Source: Enterobacterales bacterium
GTDB taxonomy: Bacteria > Pseudomonadota > Gammaproteobacteria > Enterobacterales > Kangiellaceae
DNA: 64,000 nt
Reading direction: 5' to 3'
Assembly (NCBI GenBank): GCA_030949565.1
Contig: JAUZSK010000075.1
Span: forward strand, 16,277-80,276
The notes below the pieces were generated by a model. That model had not been told where the DNA came from. It did no database searches and was given only the letters and a program-made list of their open reading frames with translations. Positions 1 to 9,789 of this stretch are shown here, piece after piece; position 1 is the stretch's first letter; every line of letters begins with the position of its first letter. Position numbers and translations under genes: made by a program.

Positions 1-597
1 GGAGTCGTTGCTATTCGACCAATGAAACGTCATTACTATCCTGACAATGGTTTAGAGGACAAATATTTCCCCAATCTTCTTAATCGTCAATTCAGGCCGA
101 GCACTTTAAATACACATTGGGTGGGTGATATTACCTATATTAGAACTCATCAAGGATGGAGCTATTTAGCTTGTGTGCTTGATTTGGGAAGCAAAGAGAT
201 TGTGGGGTGGGCTTTATCTCAAACACCCAATGCGCAATTAGCGAAAGACGCTTTAACTCACGCGATTAAAATGCAAAAACCAGAACTTAGTAAGTTAATG
301 TTTCATTCGGATCAAGGTGTTCAATATTCGGCTCACTTATTTGTCAATTATTTAAACAAATTAGAAATCACTCAAAGTATGAGTCGCCGAGGAAACTGTT
401 GGGATAATGCAGTAATGGAGAGGTTCTTTAGAAATTTAAAAACTGAAAGATTAAACCCGTTAACATTCATTAATCATAACGCAGCGGTTAACGTGATCCA
501 ATCTTATATCCGGTTTTACAACTACAAAAGGTTAAACTCTGCCGTAGATTATTTAACGCCTAACCAGAAATCGCAGGAAATGAAAAAAGAGGCTTGA
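1..597 (+). CDS. IS3-family transposase OrfB (rve/integrase-core domain), 5' end cut by the window edge
   Basis: The frame is open from nt 1. The translation carries IS3 OrfB-type motifs (HWVGDITYI, HSDQGVQYS, RRGNCWDNAVMERFF, YNYKRLNS). Confidence 0.85.
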   Translation, partial: GVVAIRPMKRHYYPDNGLEDKYFPNLLNRQFRPSTLNTHWVGDITYIRTHQGWSYLACVLDLGSKEIVGWALSQTPNAQLAKDALTHAIKMQKPELSKLMFHSDQGVQYSAHLFVNYLNKLEITQSMSRRGNCWDNAVMERFFRNLKTERLNPLTFINHNAAVNVIQSYIRFYNYKRLNSAVDYLTPNQKSQEMKKEA

Positions 598-640
598 AAA
601 CACTCCAAAAAAACTTGACCATTACAAAGTGAACATAATG
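1..640 (+). mobile_element. Right-hand part of an IS3-family insertion sequence; the right boundary is approximate
   Basis: Contains the OrfB 3' portion. The terminal inverted repeat could not be identified because the left end lies outside the window. Confidence 0.5.
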
Positions 641-653
641 CATGAACGTAAGA

Positions 654-907
654 GGGATCAAGGGGGCGGGTGTCATCTAGTTAAGCATTTATGCTTTCAA
701 TTAAATACTGGATTCCCGATAAAACAACTCGGGAATGACGGGATGCATTTTGTCTCCTGCATAACACTGGTAACCTACCTCCCTGTAGGGATCCCTGAGG
801 GAGAAGAGATCTTTCCCCCTCCCTTGACGGGAGGGGGATCAAGGGGGCGGGTGTCATCTAGTTAAGCATTGATGCTTTCAATTAAAACCACTGGATTGCA
901 GATAAAC
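654..907. repeat. Two ~72-bp direct repeats (654-725 and 835-907, 181-bp period) flanking GC-rich palindromes
   Basis: GGGATCAAGGGGGCGGGTGTCATCTAGTTAAGCATT(T/G)ATGCTTTCAATTAAA...CTGGATT..GATAAA occurs twice. Between the copies lie the palindrome AGGGATCCCT and the hairpin CCCTCCC-TTGAC-GGGAGGG. Confidence 0.8.
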
Positions 908-945
908 CCTAGTTTCGAAAATCAAAGGCGGCGATTGTTTCTTTA

Positions 946-1872
946 TTACTCCAATTTGTTATAGCGGATCATTGATATGAGTTCATCCACATAGGCTTGA
1001 CCACGTTCTGAATAGTGGTTGAGCCCTTGAGCCAATTTTTGTGCCTTTATTGTTTGTCCTCGGCGGCGTAGATCGGCGCGGATATTGCGTAACTCCGCAT
1101 AAGCCCGATGAGTGTTGAGGTTTTTCATATAACTCGCGATTGATTTTGCTACAGAATCAAATTTGCGCACTTCATGAACCTGCCCTTTACCTCTTTGATT
1201 GGGCACTAGCCCACAACCTTTGGTATAGCACCACTGACCAAAGAGGTTATTTGCCTTGCGAGCAAATCGTGAAGTCCCCCACGCGGATTCATTGGCCGCC
1301 TGCGCTAAAACTAAGGCGGAAGGAATGATGTCTATTCGAATTTTAAGCTGCTCTATATCAGCATTAGTGAGTGCTTTTTGGCTGCTTGATTTTATAACCG
1401 AAAATTCAATGGCGAGTTTTCTCAGTTTTTTCTGCCATAAAGCACCATGAGCGCTATCCTTATTTCTTTGATCTAGAAGACTATCCAACAAGGCTCGTTT
1501 ATATTTTACCTTATTGTTGCTTTTCTCAATCATTGGTCTTAAGTAGGCAAAAAACTGCTTTTTCTTTTGTTTCACATCCTTAATTGAAGCAAAGTCCGGT
1601 AATTCTTGCTGTGTCGCTATCACTAATTGTTCTGATGGGGCAGCGGTTTGAGACGCGGATTCTTGCTGAGAGAGTCCCGCTTTGTCAGACTTCCCCTTAT
1701 CGGAACGATCTTCTATCGCTGAATCAGAAGTATCTGATACTTTTAGTGGCATTTTTGATTGCCAATCATGCTGCAACAGTAACGTTAACACAACCAATCC
1801 CGTTATTATGGCAACGACTAGATAGGTATAGTCTTTTTTTATCATTTCGAGCAGGTTTTTTATTAAATTCAT
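946..1872 (-). CDS. bax: Bax-like protein with a glucosaminidase (FlgJ-type muramidase) domain and an N-terminal membrane anchor
   Basis: The C-terminal half aligns by eye with E. coli Bax (IDIIPSALVLAQAANESAWGTSRFARKANNLFGQ..., NLNTHRAYAELR). Confidence 0.85.
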   Translation of the reverse strand: MNLIKNLLEMIKKDYTYLVVAIITGLVVLTLLLQHDWQSKMPLKVSDTSDSAIEDRSDKGKSDKAGLSQQESASQTAAPSEQLVIATQQELPDFASIKDVKQKKKQFFAYLRPMIEKSNNKVKYKRALLDSLLDQRNKDSAHGALWQKKLRKLAIEFSVIKSSSQKALTNADIEQLKIRIDIIPSALVLAQAANESAWGTSRFARKANNLFGQWCYTKGCGLVPNQRGKGQVHEVRKFDSVAKSIASYMKNLNTHRAYAELRNIRADLRRRGQTIKAQKLAQGLNHYSERGQAYVDELISMIRYNKLE

Positions 1873-2159
1873 AGGATTTCCTTTGGCTATTTTTGTCGCT
1901 TGCTAGTTCACTAGGAGTTGCTTGGTTTATTAATATTTAATAACTCGTCAATCGGTTGCTTATCAATCAGTTGCGTCTTAGGCACATGGCCTTTTGTCAA
2001 ACTAGTTTAAACGGCTAGCAATTGGGTTAGCTTGATTATAGTTGAACAAGTTATCATTATGATATCAAATTATAAAACTATTTTTTGCTAGTCAGATCAG
2101 CAAAAGGCCAGTAGTATTCAATCCTTCACTTAAAAGCTTCAAAATAAAGGCAATTCTGT

Positions 2160-3083
2160 ATGCATAAAACCAGTGGCCGTTGGCAATATGGGTTTATTTT
2201 GGCATTAACTACTGCCACTCTTTGGGGAATGCTTCCCATCGCGCTAAAAGGGTTATTAAGCAGTATTGATTCCATTACTATCACTTGGTATCGGTTTGCG
2301 GTTGCGCTAGTGTTTGTAGCGATAATTTTGACTAAACGAAATCGTATCCCCGATCTCAAATGGTTAAAACAACCACCCAAACTACGCTTGTTCGCGTTAG
2401 TTATATTTGGACTTAGCAGTAATTATATTCTTTATCTTATGGGACTAGATCGCGTGTCACCCAGTGCCGCTCAAATAGTTATTCAAATGGCGCCTTTAAT
2501 GCTGTTAATTGGTGGAATATTTGTGTTTAAGGAATCATTTTCTTGGCTGCAATGGTGTGGCGTGGCATTGTTTGTGTCAGGTCTTTTACTATTTTTTAAT
2601 CATCGCATGGAAGCCCTGTGGAGTGGCCATTCTGATTATCAATGGGGTGTCATCCTCGTGTTAGTTGCGTCAGTGGCGTGGGCTGCCTATGCTTTAGCGC
2701 AAAAACAATTACTGTTAAACTACGGTTCGCAACAGATCATGTTTGTCAGTTATATTGCCGCTAGCATTTTATTTTTTCCGAGTGCTGAGATCCTGTCTGT
2801 TTCCGTATTAAGCCCTTTGCAATGGGGGCTTTTAATTTTTTGTTGTGCTAATACCTTAGTGGCTTATGGTTGTTTTGCCGAGGCTTTAGAACACTGGGAA
2901 GCTTCTCGGGTTAGCGCTGTTTTAGCCATTACACCACTAATGACCATTCTATTCGCACATCTTGTCGCCTACTTTTGGCCAGATTATATTCAACTTGAAG
3001 CACTCAACAGTTTAAGTATTATCGGAGCCTTTGTGTTGGTGATTGGCTCTCTGATAACCGCCATGGCCAAAGTAAAAGCATAA
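2160..3083 (+). CDS. EamA/DMT-superfamily transporter (about 10 TM segments)
   Basis: Hydrophobic 307-aa protein with a duplicated EamA-like architecture. Confidence 0.8.
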   Translation: MHKTSGRWQYGFILALTTATLWGMLPIALKGLLSSIDSITITWYRFAVALVFVAIILTKRNRIPDLKWLKQPPKLRLFALVIFGLSSNYILYLMGLDRVSPSAAQIVIQMAPLMLLIGGIFVFKESFSWLQWCGVALFVSGLLLFFNHRMEALWSGHSDYQWGVILVLVASVAWAAYALAQKQLLLNYGSQQIMFVSYIAASILFFPSAEILSVSVLSPLQWGLLIFCCANTLVAYGCFAEALEHWEASRVSAVLAITPLMTILFAHLVAYFWPDYIQLEALNSLSIIGAFVLVIGSLITAMAKVKA

Positions 3084-3175
3084 AAATGGAAAAGATCGTT
3101 ACGCTTTTGTTCAGTTTTGTTAGAATGGGGAGTGCTGGAGATTAAAGCAAAATATTGATAGAGGAAGCTTAAACA

Positions 3176-3946
3176 ATGAAGAAAAAGGTTTTATTATTTA
3201 GCAGTTCCAAAGCCGGTGATAGCGGATTTTTGATCCCTAACCTGCCCCACATAGAATCATTTTTACGCCAAATGCGTGAAACTCTACCGACTTATAACCC
3301 TCCCGTTAAAAAGCCATTAGAAGTGTTATTTATACCCTATGCAGGTGTATCTATCGATCATGACATGTATTATCAGCGGGTAAAAACTATTTTAGCGACT
3401 CTCAAAGTTGAAGTTAAAAGTCTTCATCACTACCAGGATGTTAAAACCCAGGTCGAAAAGGCTAATGTGATCATGGTTGGCGGTGGCAATACTTTCCAGC
3501 TTCTTAAAAAACTTTATGATTTAGACTTAATGGATTTAATACGCCAGCGAGTTGAGGCCGGCACGCCTTATATTGGCTGGAGTGCCGGCTCTAATATTGC
3601 TGGGCCGTCGATACGAACCACCAATGATATGCCGATTGTTGAACCGCCTACGTTTAAAGCGCTCAACTTGATCCCGTGGCAGGTTAACCCTCATTACATC
3701 GAAAATAATCCGCCTGGTCATAACGGTGAAACGCGACAACAAAGAATTGAAGAATACTTAAAGCTCAACCCTGACAATAAGGTGATTGCCCTACCTGAAG
3801 GTACTGGATTATCATTAAATAAGTCGAAGCTCTATATTGTTAGCAATGAGGTTGCTTATGTTTACAGCCGGCGCGCGGGCTACAAGGTTGAGAAAACGGA
3901 ATTTGATTTTCGGAATGATTTGAATACAATATTGGAAAAATGGTAA
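3176..3946 (+). CDS. pepE: Dipeptidase E (peptidase S51)
   Basis: Strong similarity to E. coli PepE, including VGGGNTFQLLK, YIGWSAGSN, RTTNDMPIV, NPHY and GETRQQRI. Confidence 0.9.
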   Translation: MKKKVLLFSSSKAGDSGFLIPNLPHIESFLRQMRETLPTYNPPVKKPLEVLFIPYAGVSIDHDMYYQRVKTILATLKVEVKSLHHYQDVKTQVEKANVIMVGGGNTFQLLKKLYDLDLMDLIRQRVEAGTPYIGWSAGSNIAGPSIRTTNDMPIVEPPTFKALNLIPWQVNPHYIENNPPGHNGETRQQRIEEYLKLNPDNKVIALPEGTGLSLNKSKLYIVSNEVAYVYSRRAGYKVEKTEFDFRNDLNTILEKW

Positions 3947-3968
3947 ATAATGAATAAAGATCGACTAT

Positions 3969-4676
3969 TTGCCACCAGTAAAAACGCCTCAGCCTTTTCA
4001 GTTTGATGAAAAAGTTGCAGCCGTGTTCCCTGACATGATTAAACGCTCGGTTCCCGGCTACAACGACATTATTTTACAGATTCAGAAATTGGCCGGTCGA
4101 TTTATTAAAGCTAATAGCCACGCTTATGATCTCGGATGTTCCTTAGGTGCAGCTAGTTTAGCCATGAGTTACGGAAATCAGCAACATGATGTTGAGATTA
4201 TTGGTATTGATAATTCCGCAGCGATGCTAAAACAATGTCAACGAAACATTGACAAATTTAAACTAACAACCCCGATAAGCCTGCAACAAGAAGATATTTT
4301 AAGGGTCCAGTTTAAATCGATTTCAATGCTGGTATTAAATTATACGTTGCAATTTATCCAACCGGAGCAACGTCTTGGGCTGTTAAACAATATTTTTGAT
4401 GCCATGCTACCGGGAGCCATCTTACTGATATCTGAAAAAATTCATTTTCGAGATCCAAAAATCAATCAGCTAATGATAGAATTGCACCATCAATTTAAGC
4501 GTGATAATGGCTATAGCGAGCTCGAAATAAGCCAAAAACGTAGCGCCTTAGAAAAAGTATTACTCGCAGAAACCCGCGATAAACATTTACAAAGACTAAA
4601 AGAGGTTGGCTTTAATCAAGTGGTTTGTTGGCATCAGCAAATTAATTTTGCGTCATTTATCGCCATTAAAGATTAA
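3969..4676 (+). CDS. cmoA: Carboxy-S-adenosyl-L-methionine synthase CmoA. The longest ORF starts at TTG 3969; a conserved N-terminal piece lies out of frame at 3950-4006.
   Basis: FDEKVAAVFPDMIKRSVPGYNDII plus a class I methyltransferase fold. The upstream ATG 3950 encodes MNKDRLFATSKN, which matches the CmoA N-terminus but is shifted by one base at the A5 run 3980-3984. Confidence 0.88.
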   Translation: MPPVKTPQPFQFDEKVAAVFPDMIKRSVPGYNDIILQIQKLAGRFIKANSHAYDLGCSLGAASLAMSYGNQQHDVEIIGIDNSAAMLKQCQRNIDKFKLTTPISLQQEDILRVQFKSISMLVLNYTLQFIQPEQRLGLLNNIFDAMLPGAILLISEKIHFRDPKINQLMIELHHQFKRDNGYSELEISQKRSALEKVLLAETRDKHLQRLKEVGFNQVVCWHQQINFASFIAIKD

Positions 4677-4768
4677 CCATGAAGCATCATCAATGAACTA
4701 CTATTTTCCCTTTAAATCGACTCTATTGCACAAACTTCGTACTCTCAAAAATTAGCTTGTCGAAAAAT

Positions 4769-5743
4769 ATGATTAACTATTCTCAATTAAAACAAAGTCT
4801 AGACGATACGCGATTAGCGCCTTGGTACGGCTATTTTGTCGAAGCCGTAGAGCAACGTTTTAAGCAATACACCCATGGCGAATTAGAGATCTGGCACAGC
4901 TTGATTGAAGTCCTTCCGCCGATAGATGTCAGAAGTTATTCGCTGGCAGATTGTGTCACTTTGGAAGCTGTAAAAACACTGGATGAACCCAGCCGACAAA
5001 AACTAGTTGAGCAATTAATGCTGCTACATCCTTGGCGTAAAGGCCCGTTTAACCTATTTGGTGTTGAGATTGATAGCGAATGGCGATCAGACTGGAAATG
5101 GCAAAGAATACAACCTCACATCGCTGATTTAAAAGGTCGACTGGTACTCGATGTTGGCTGCGGTAATGGCTATCATCTTTGGCGCATGGTGCAACAACAA
5201 GCGCAACTTGTGCTGGGTATTGATCCTTCACAGAAATTTCTAGCGCAGTTTAATTGTCTACAAAAATACCTGCAAATTCCTAGCTGCCACCTATTACCGA
5301 TAGGCATCGAAGATATGCCTCTAGACATGGAACGGCACGGCTTTGATAGCGTATTTTGTATGGGCGTGCTATATCATCAAAAGTCTCCCGTGGAGCTGCT
5401 TAATCGCCTTAAAGGGCTTTTAAACAAAGGTGGACAGCTAATTTTAGAGACCTTGGTCATCGATGGTGATGAGAACCAAGTTTTAGTACCTGAGGGACGC
5501 TACGCGCAAATGCGCAATGTGTGGTTCATCCCCTCCGCTAGAGCATTAGAGAAGTGGCTAAAGAAAATCGGCTTCAATCAAGTGGAGACCATCGATATTT
5601 CAGTCACTAGCCTAAAAGAACAACGCGCCACTGAGTGGATGACATTTCATTCTCTTAAAGATTTTCTCGACCCTGCCGATAAATCAAAAACCATTGAAGG
5701 CCTACCAGCGCCAAAGCGAGCAACGCTAATCGCTTCAAAATAA
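4769..5743 (+). CDS. cmoB: tRNA U34 carboxymethyltransferase CmoB
   Basis: LHPWRKGPFNLFGVEIDSEWRSDWKW, VLDVGCGNGYH and ETLVIDGDENQVLVP..YAQMRNVWFIPS match E. coli CmoB. An alternative TTG start lies at 4757. Confidence 0.92.
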   Translation: MINYSQLKQSLDDTRLAPWYGYFVEAVEQRFKQYTHGELEIWHSLIEVLPPIDVRSYSLADCVTLEAVKTLDEPSRQKLVEQLMLLHPWRKGPFNLFGVEIDSEWRSDWKWQRIQPHIADLKGRLVLDVGCGNGYHLWRMVQQQAQLVLGIDPSQKFLAQFNCLQKYLQIPSCHLLPIGIEDMPLDMERHGFDSVFCMGVLYHQKSPVELLNRLKGLLNKGGQLILETLVIDGDENQVLVPEGRYAQMRNVWFIPSARALEKWLKKIGFNQVETIDISVTSLKEQRATEWMTFHSLKDFLDPADKSKTIEGLPAPKRATLIASK

Positions 5744-6061
5744 AGAGCTAAAGTGTCTAATTACTCACGCTTTTTGGTTAAAAAACCACCAATTAACAAC
5801 ATTTACCATTTAACCAAATCAATTTTTATAGTAGAATAGCTAATCAAAATGGAATTTCTGCCGATATGTAAGATATTGGACATAACCCCGCATTCTGGGA
5901 CTTTTGAAAGTCTTAATGAAAAGTTGGAAAGTAGCGGGCGGTGCGCAAGTAATTGTGAACCTGTTCTTAGCATTATTGCCGGATTGTAGTATTCTATGAC
6001 AACAAGAAAGAGTTGTTCATTTTTTGTCTGGGATGATTTTTGTAAACTGAGGTACCCGTAA

Positions 6062-7363
6062 ATGCATCTTTCAACAAAGGAAATTCACGTACACAACTTG
6101 CAGATTGGCATGTATGTGTCGCGCTTGGATGTTCCTTGGGTACAGACGCCGTTTCCTATTCAAGGGTTTCATATTGCGCGTCAAGAACAACTCGACCAAC
6201 TTGCACACTATTGCAATAAGGTTTACGTTGATCGCTACCTCAGCAAAGTTGACATAAAATCTAACCTCAACCTTACTTCCAAGAAGGGCAAATCCAAAGA
6301 TCGCTTTGATCCTAAGACTAAACGTTTGATGGCTGAAAAAGCTCATTTTAAGCCCGCCGTGGAAAACTATGTTATTTCTTGTAAATTAAGAAAAGAAGTT
6401 AACAAAGCCGGTCAAGTTTACCACCAAATTAACGGCCAAATAGCCACTGTGTTCCGTGATATCTCGCGTAGTGGCTTTGTTAATATTTCTCAGGTTCGTG
6501 CCGCATCAACTGAAATGGTTAAAAGCATTGTTCGTAATCCTGATGCATTGGCTTGGCTTTGTCGTATTAGTTCAGAAAACCAAGCCTTACATGAGCAAGC
6601 CATCCGCTCCGCTATTTGGGGCATTATCTTCGGTCGTCATTTAGGGCTTTCCAAAACTGATTTAAGAGACATCGGTACCGCATTACTAATTGCACCTATC
6701 GGTAAATGTAAACTGCCCGATGACCTACTCACGCGAAGTTTAAGTGTCGAAGAAAATATACTTTACCAAGAGCACATAGCCTTAACTCTTGATGAAACTA
6801 AAAGTATGTTTTCTGGTAATCACCAGATCAATTATATTTTGGCCAACTACTGTGAAAGAAATAACGGCACTGGCTATCCTAGAGCATTAATTGGTAACCG
6901 CATACCCTTCTTAGCTAGAGTCGCAGGGATCGCCGATCATTATGAAGCACTGATTAACCCACTTCAGGGTGAATCAATGGCAGTTACTCCAGTTGAAGCG
7001 ATATCAGCCCTCTACAAAGAACGTGGCAACCTATTTCAAACCGAGTTGGTTGAAGCTTTCATTCAAGCCATTGGAATTTATCCGACCGGTAGCCTAGTCC
7101 AACTAACCAATAAATCGGTTGCTGTGGTCATGGAGCAACCAGAAAACTATCGGTTACGACCTAAGGTCGCCATTGTTAAAAATGGTATGGATGTAAAACT
7201 GGATAAACCTAAAGTGGTTAAACTAGCGGACAACGCAACCGACCGACTAGGTATTCCCTTGCAAATTGAGAAAAGTCTTAAAAGCACTAGCATCGATATT
7301 AATGCCGAAGAACTTCACGGCAAACTTTTTTCTAAAGCCAGCTGGTTATCTATTTTTGGCTAA
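6062..7363 (+). CDS. DUF3391-type N-terminal domain plus a degenerate HD-GYP domain protein
   Basis: The N-terminus (LQIGMYVSRLDVPWVQTPFPIQGF) is typical of HD-GYP proteins. The C-terminal domain keeps NGTGYP and IADHYEAL, but has APIGK where HDIGK is expected and YCE where HHE is expected. Confidence 0.75.
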   Translation: MHLSTKEIHVHNLQIGMYVSRLDVPWVQTPFPIQGFHIARQEQLDQLAHYCNKVYVDRYLSKVDIKSNLNLTSKKGKSKDRFDPKTKRLMAEKAHFKPAVENYVISCKLRKEVNKAGQVYHQINGQIATVFRDISRSGFVNISQVRAASTEMVKSIVRNPDALAWLCRISSENQALHEQAIRSAIWGIIFGRHLGLSKTDLRDIGTALLIAPIGKCKLPDDLLTRSLSVEENILYQEHIALTLDETKSMFSGNHQINYILANYCERNNGTGYPRALIGNRIPFLARVAGIADHYEALINPLQGESMAVTPVEAISALYKERGNLFQTELVEAFIQAIGIYPTGSLVQLTNKSVAVVMEQPENYRLRPKVAIVKNGMDVKLDKPKVVKLADNATDRLGIPLQIEKSLKSTSIDINAEELHGKLFSKASWLSIFG

Positions 7364-7486
7364 GTAAGTGAAATAAAGGTTGTTTAACCTCGATCCTCGA
7401 TAGCACTTAACAAGCAAAATTAGATTGCCGCGTCGTACCTCCTCGCAATGACAGTACCAAACCTAGTAACTATTCTTAAACCCACA

Positions 7487-9235
7487 TCACTCCAACTGCT
7501 GCTCAATGTACAAATTAATTTGACTGTCCAATATATCCAGAGGAATCGAGCCATTAGCTAAAATAGCATCATGAAAAGTGCGTATATCAAACTTATCACC
7601 TAATTTCTGTTCCGCTCTGTTGCGTAGTTCGATAATCTTTAGTTCACCTATTTTATAGCTGAGTGCTTGCCCTGGCCAACTAATGTATCGATCTACTTCG
7701 GTTTGAATGTTATGTTTTGACAGCGCTGAATTTTCTTGCAAAAGCGCTATGGCTTGCTGCCGGCTCCAACCGAAGGCGTGTATACCTGTATCGATAACCA
7801 ATCGCGCGGCACGCCACATCTCATAAGATAGTCGCCCGAAATCACTATAAGGATCTTGATAAAATCCAGCCTCAATACCGAGCTTTTCACAATAGAGTGC
7901 CCAGCCTTCACCGAATGCAGAAATATACGAATAGCGCCGGAAATTTGGAAGATCTGACAATTCTTGATTGATGGCTCCTTGCAAATGATGCCCCGGGACA
8001 GCTTCATGCAGGGTCAAACTTTCTAAAACATAGAGTGGTCTCTTATCTAACGCGTAGGTGTTAACCCAATAGGTTCCAGCTCGAGTCGAATTGAGTGGAG
8101 CAGACACATATCGTCCGGTGGTATATTTGGGCGCAATATCACTAGGCACAGGTTCCACCGTGTAGGGTTGCCGTGGTAAATGAGTAAAGAATTTGGGTAG
8201 TTGCCCGTCCATCTTCTTGGCAATATAGCTCGCTTCTTTTAAAAGCTGTAACGGAGTCTTGGCATAAAATTGTGGTGAAGTTCTTAAAAAGGCTAGAAAT
8301 TCTTTAAAGCTACCTTTAAATTCGACCTTTGTAATAATGTCCTGCATTTCACCTCTAATTCGCTTAACTTCGCTTAATCCCAATTGGTGGATCGCTTTTG
8401 CGGTTAAATGAGTGGTTGTATATTGTTGGATTTTTTGTTGATAGTAATTGTCACCATTTGGAAAATCTGATGCGCCAAGAGATATTTTAGTGTTGGGTAT
8501 ATAGATATTTTCAAAATAGATTGCCAAATTTCGAAAGGCTGGTAAAACAGAATCACTGATTATTCGTCGCGCTGCATACTGCATATTTGAAAATCTCGAC
8601 TCTGATATAAAGCTTGGTCTGCTCAAAAAAGGTTGATAAAAAACAGAGTCTTCTACTTTCTTATTAAGATGCGCTCGAATCACTTGGGTAAATCCTTGCA
8701 TCACTATTTTAGGCATTGAGAAATGACGCTTCAAACCGGCATTCATGTTGGCTTGATTTTGCTCTATAAACCGCCGTATTAGTTTTAGCCTTTTTAAATA
8801 GTTCTCATAATCACCCAGTGTTTTAAATTCTGTCTCAATGGGCATTCGCAGAATTTGAGTATGGAACCCAGAATCAGCTAAAAAAGGAATCTGATAGTCT
8901 TTGGCTTTGAGATCGGCTATTCGATTGTCCAATTGGCGTTTAAATATTCGATAATTAATTTGTTCTTCTCGATTTAAAGAGGATTTAGATATATTTTTTA
9001 GCCCTGTCAGCAAATTCTCATTTTTGAGCAACCACTTGGTCATCGAAGTTTCGGAAACATCGGCCAGTCTAGCCGCCGCATTTTTATCACCCATTGCACT
9101 GGCAAAACTGGGGAACTGCTGCATTCGCGCTTGCCATTCTTTTGCAAATAATTGATTTAATGCCGTATTTTTTTCCACCGCTTGACTCGATATGCTGCTG
9201 GTGATTAATAGAGTAACGATTAAAATCCTAAACAT
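7487..9235 (-). CDS. DUF885-family secreted metallopeptidase-like protein
   Basis: Signal peptide, 582 aa, and the HEAVPGHHLQ motif characteristic of DUF885. Confidence 0.75.
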   Translation of the reverse strand: MFRILIVTLLITSSISSQAVEKNTALNQLFAKEWQARMQQFPSFASAMGDKNAAARLADVSETSMTKWLLKNENLLTGLKNISKSSLNREEQINYRIFKRQLDNRIADLKAKDYQIPFLADSGFHTQILRMPIETEFKTLGDYENYLKRLKLIRRFIEQNQANMNAGLKRHFSMPKIVMQGFTQVIRAHLNKKVEDSVFYQPFLSRPSFISESRFSNMQYAARRIISDSVLPAFRNLAIYFENIYIPNTKISLGASDFPNGDNYYQQKIQQYTTTHLTAKAIHQLGLSEVKRIRGEMQDIITKVEFKGSFKEFLAFLRTSPQFYAKTPLQLLKEASYIAKKMDGQLPKFFTHLPRQPYTVEPVPSDIAPKYTTGRYVSAPLNSTRAGTYWVNTYALDKRPLYVLESLTLHEAVPGHHLQGAINQELSDLPNFRRYSYISAFGEGWALYCEKLGIEAGFYQDPYSDFGRLSYEMWRAARLVIDTGIHAFGWSRQQAIALLQENSALSKHNIQTEVDRYISWPGQALSYKIGELKIIELRNRAEQKLGDKFDIRTFHDAILANGSIPLDILDSQINLYIEQQLE

Positions 9236-9288
9236 TGCCTGTCTCCCTTGACGTTCAATTCATTGATGGGCTATTAGTTGATTAACTT

Positions 9289-9789
9289 TTAATGAATTCC
9301 AGTTGTCAGCAGTTTAACAAAATTACAGGGTTTAAAATCTAAAGTCAGCTGCTGTTGAATAATTTTAGTCCAAGCGGTTTTACAAGCGCCAGTGGAACCA
9401 GGCAAACAAAAAATCACTTTGTTATTAGCCAAACCACCTAAAGCACGGCTTTGTATGGTCGAACTGCCTATTTCCTCATAGGAAACATGGCGAAATAACT
9501 CCCCAAAGCCTGGCATCTCCTTATCGAACAAGGGGATCACAGCCTCTGGCGTAGAATCTCGTCCATAAAAGCCGGTTCCGCCGGTAATAATGATGGTCTG
9601 AACTTCATCATCCGCGATCCATTGTGAAAGCACCGCGCGAATTTTATAGATATCATCAATGACTATCTGACGCTGCGCTAACTGATGACCATCGGCTTGA
9701 AGCTGATCAATCAAATAAGCTCCGGATTTGTCAGTGGTCTGATTGCGAGTATCTGAAACCGTTAGTACAGCAATATTTAACTTTGTCAT
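9289..9789 (-). CDS. moaB: Molybdenum cofactor biosynthesis protein B
   Basis: Aligns with E. coli MoaB along its length (IAVLTVSDTR, IITGGTG, TPEA, FGELFR, EEIGSSTIQSRA, PGSTGAC). Confidence 0.88.
   Translation of the reverse strand: MTKLNIAVLTVSDTRNQTTDKSGAYLIDQLQADGHQLAQRQIVIDDIYKIRAVLSQWIADDEVQTIIITGGTGFYGRDSTPEAVIPLFDKEMPGFGELFRHVSYEEIGSSTIQSRALGGLANNKVIFCLPGSTGACKTAWTKIIQQQLTLDFKPCNFVKLLTTGIH

Noticed and set aside
629-865. The 78-aa ORF downstream of the IS3 transposase
   Set aside because: It is translated across the direct repeats and GC-rich palindromes, starts at GTG with no ribosome-binding site, and has a low-complexity G/P-rich product.
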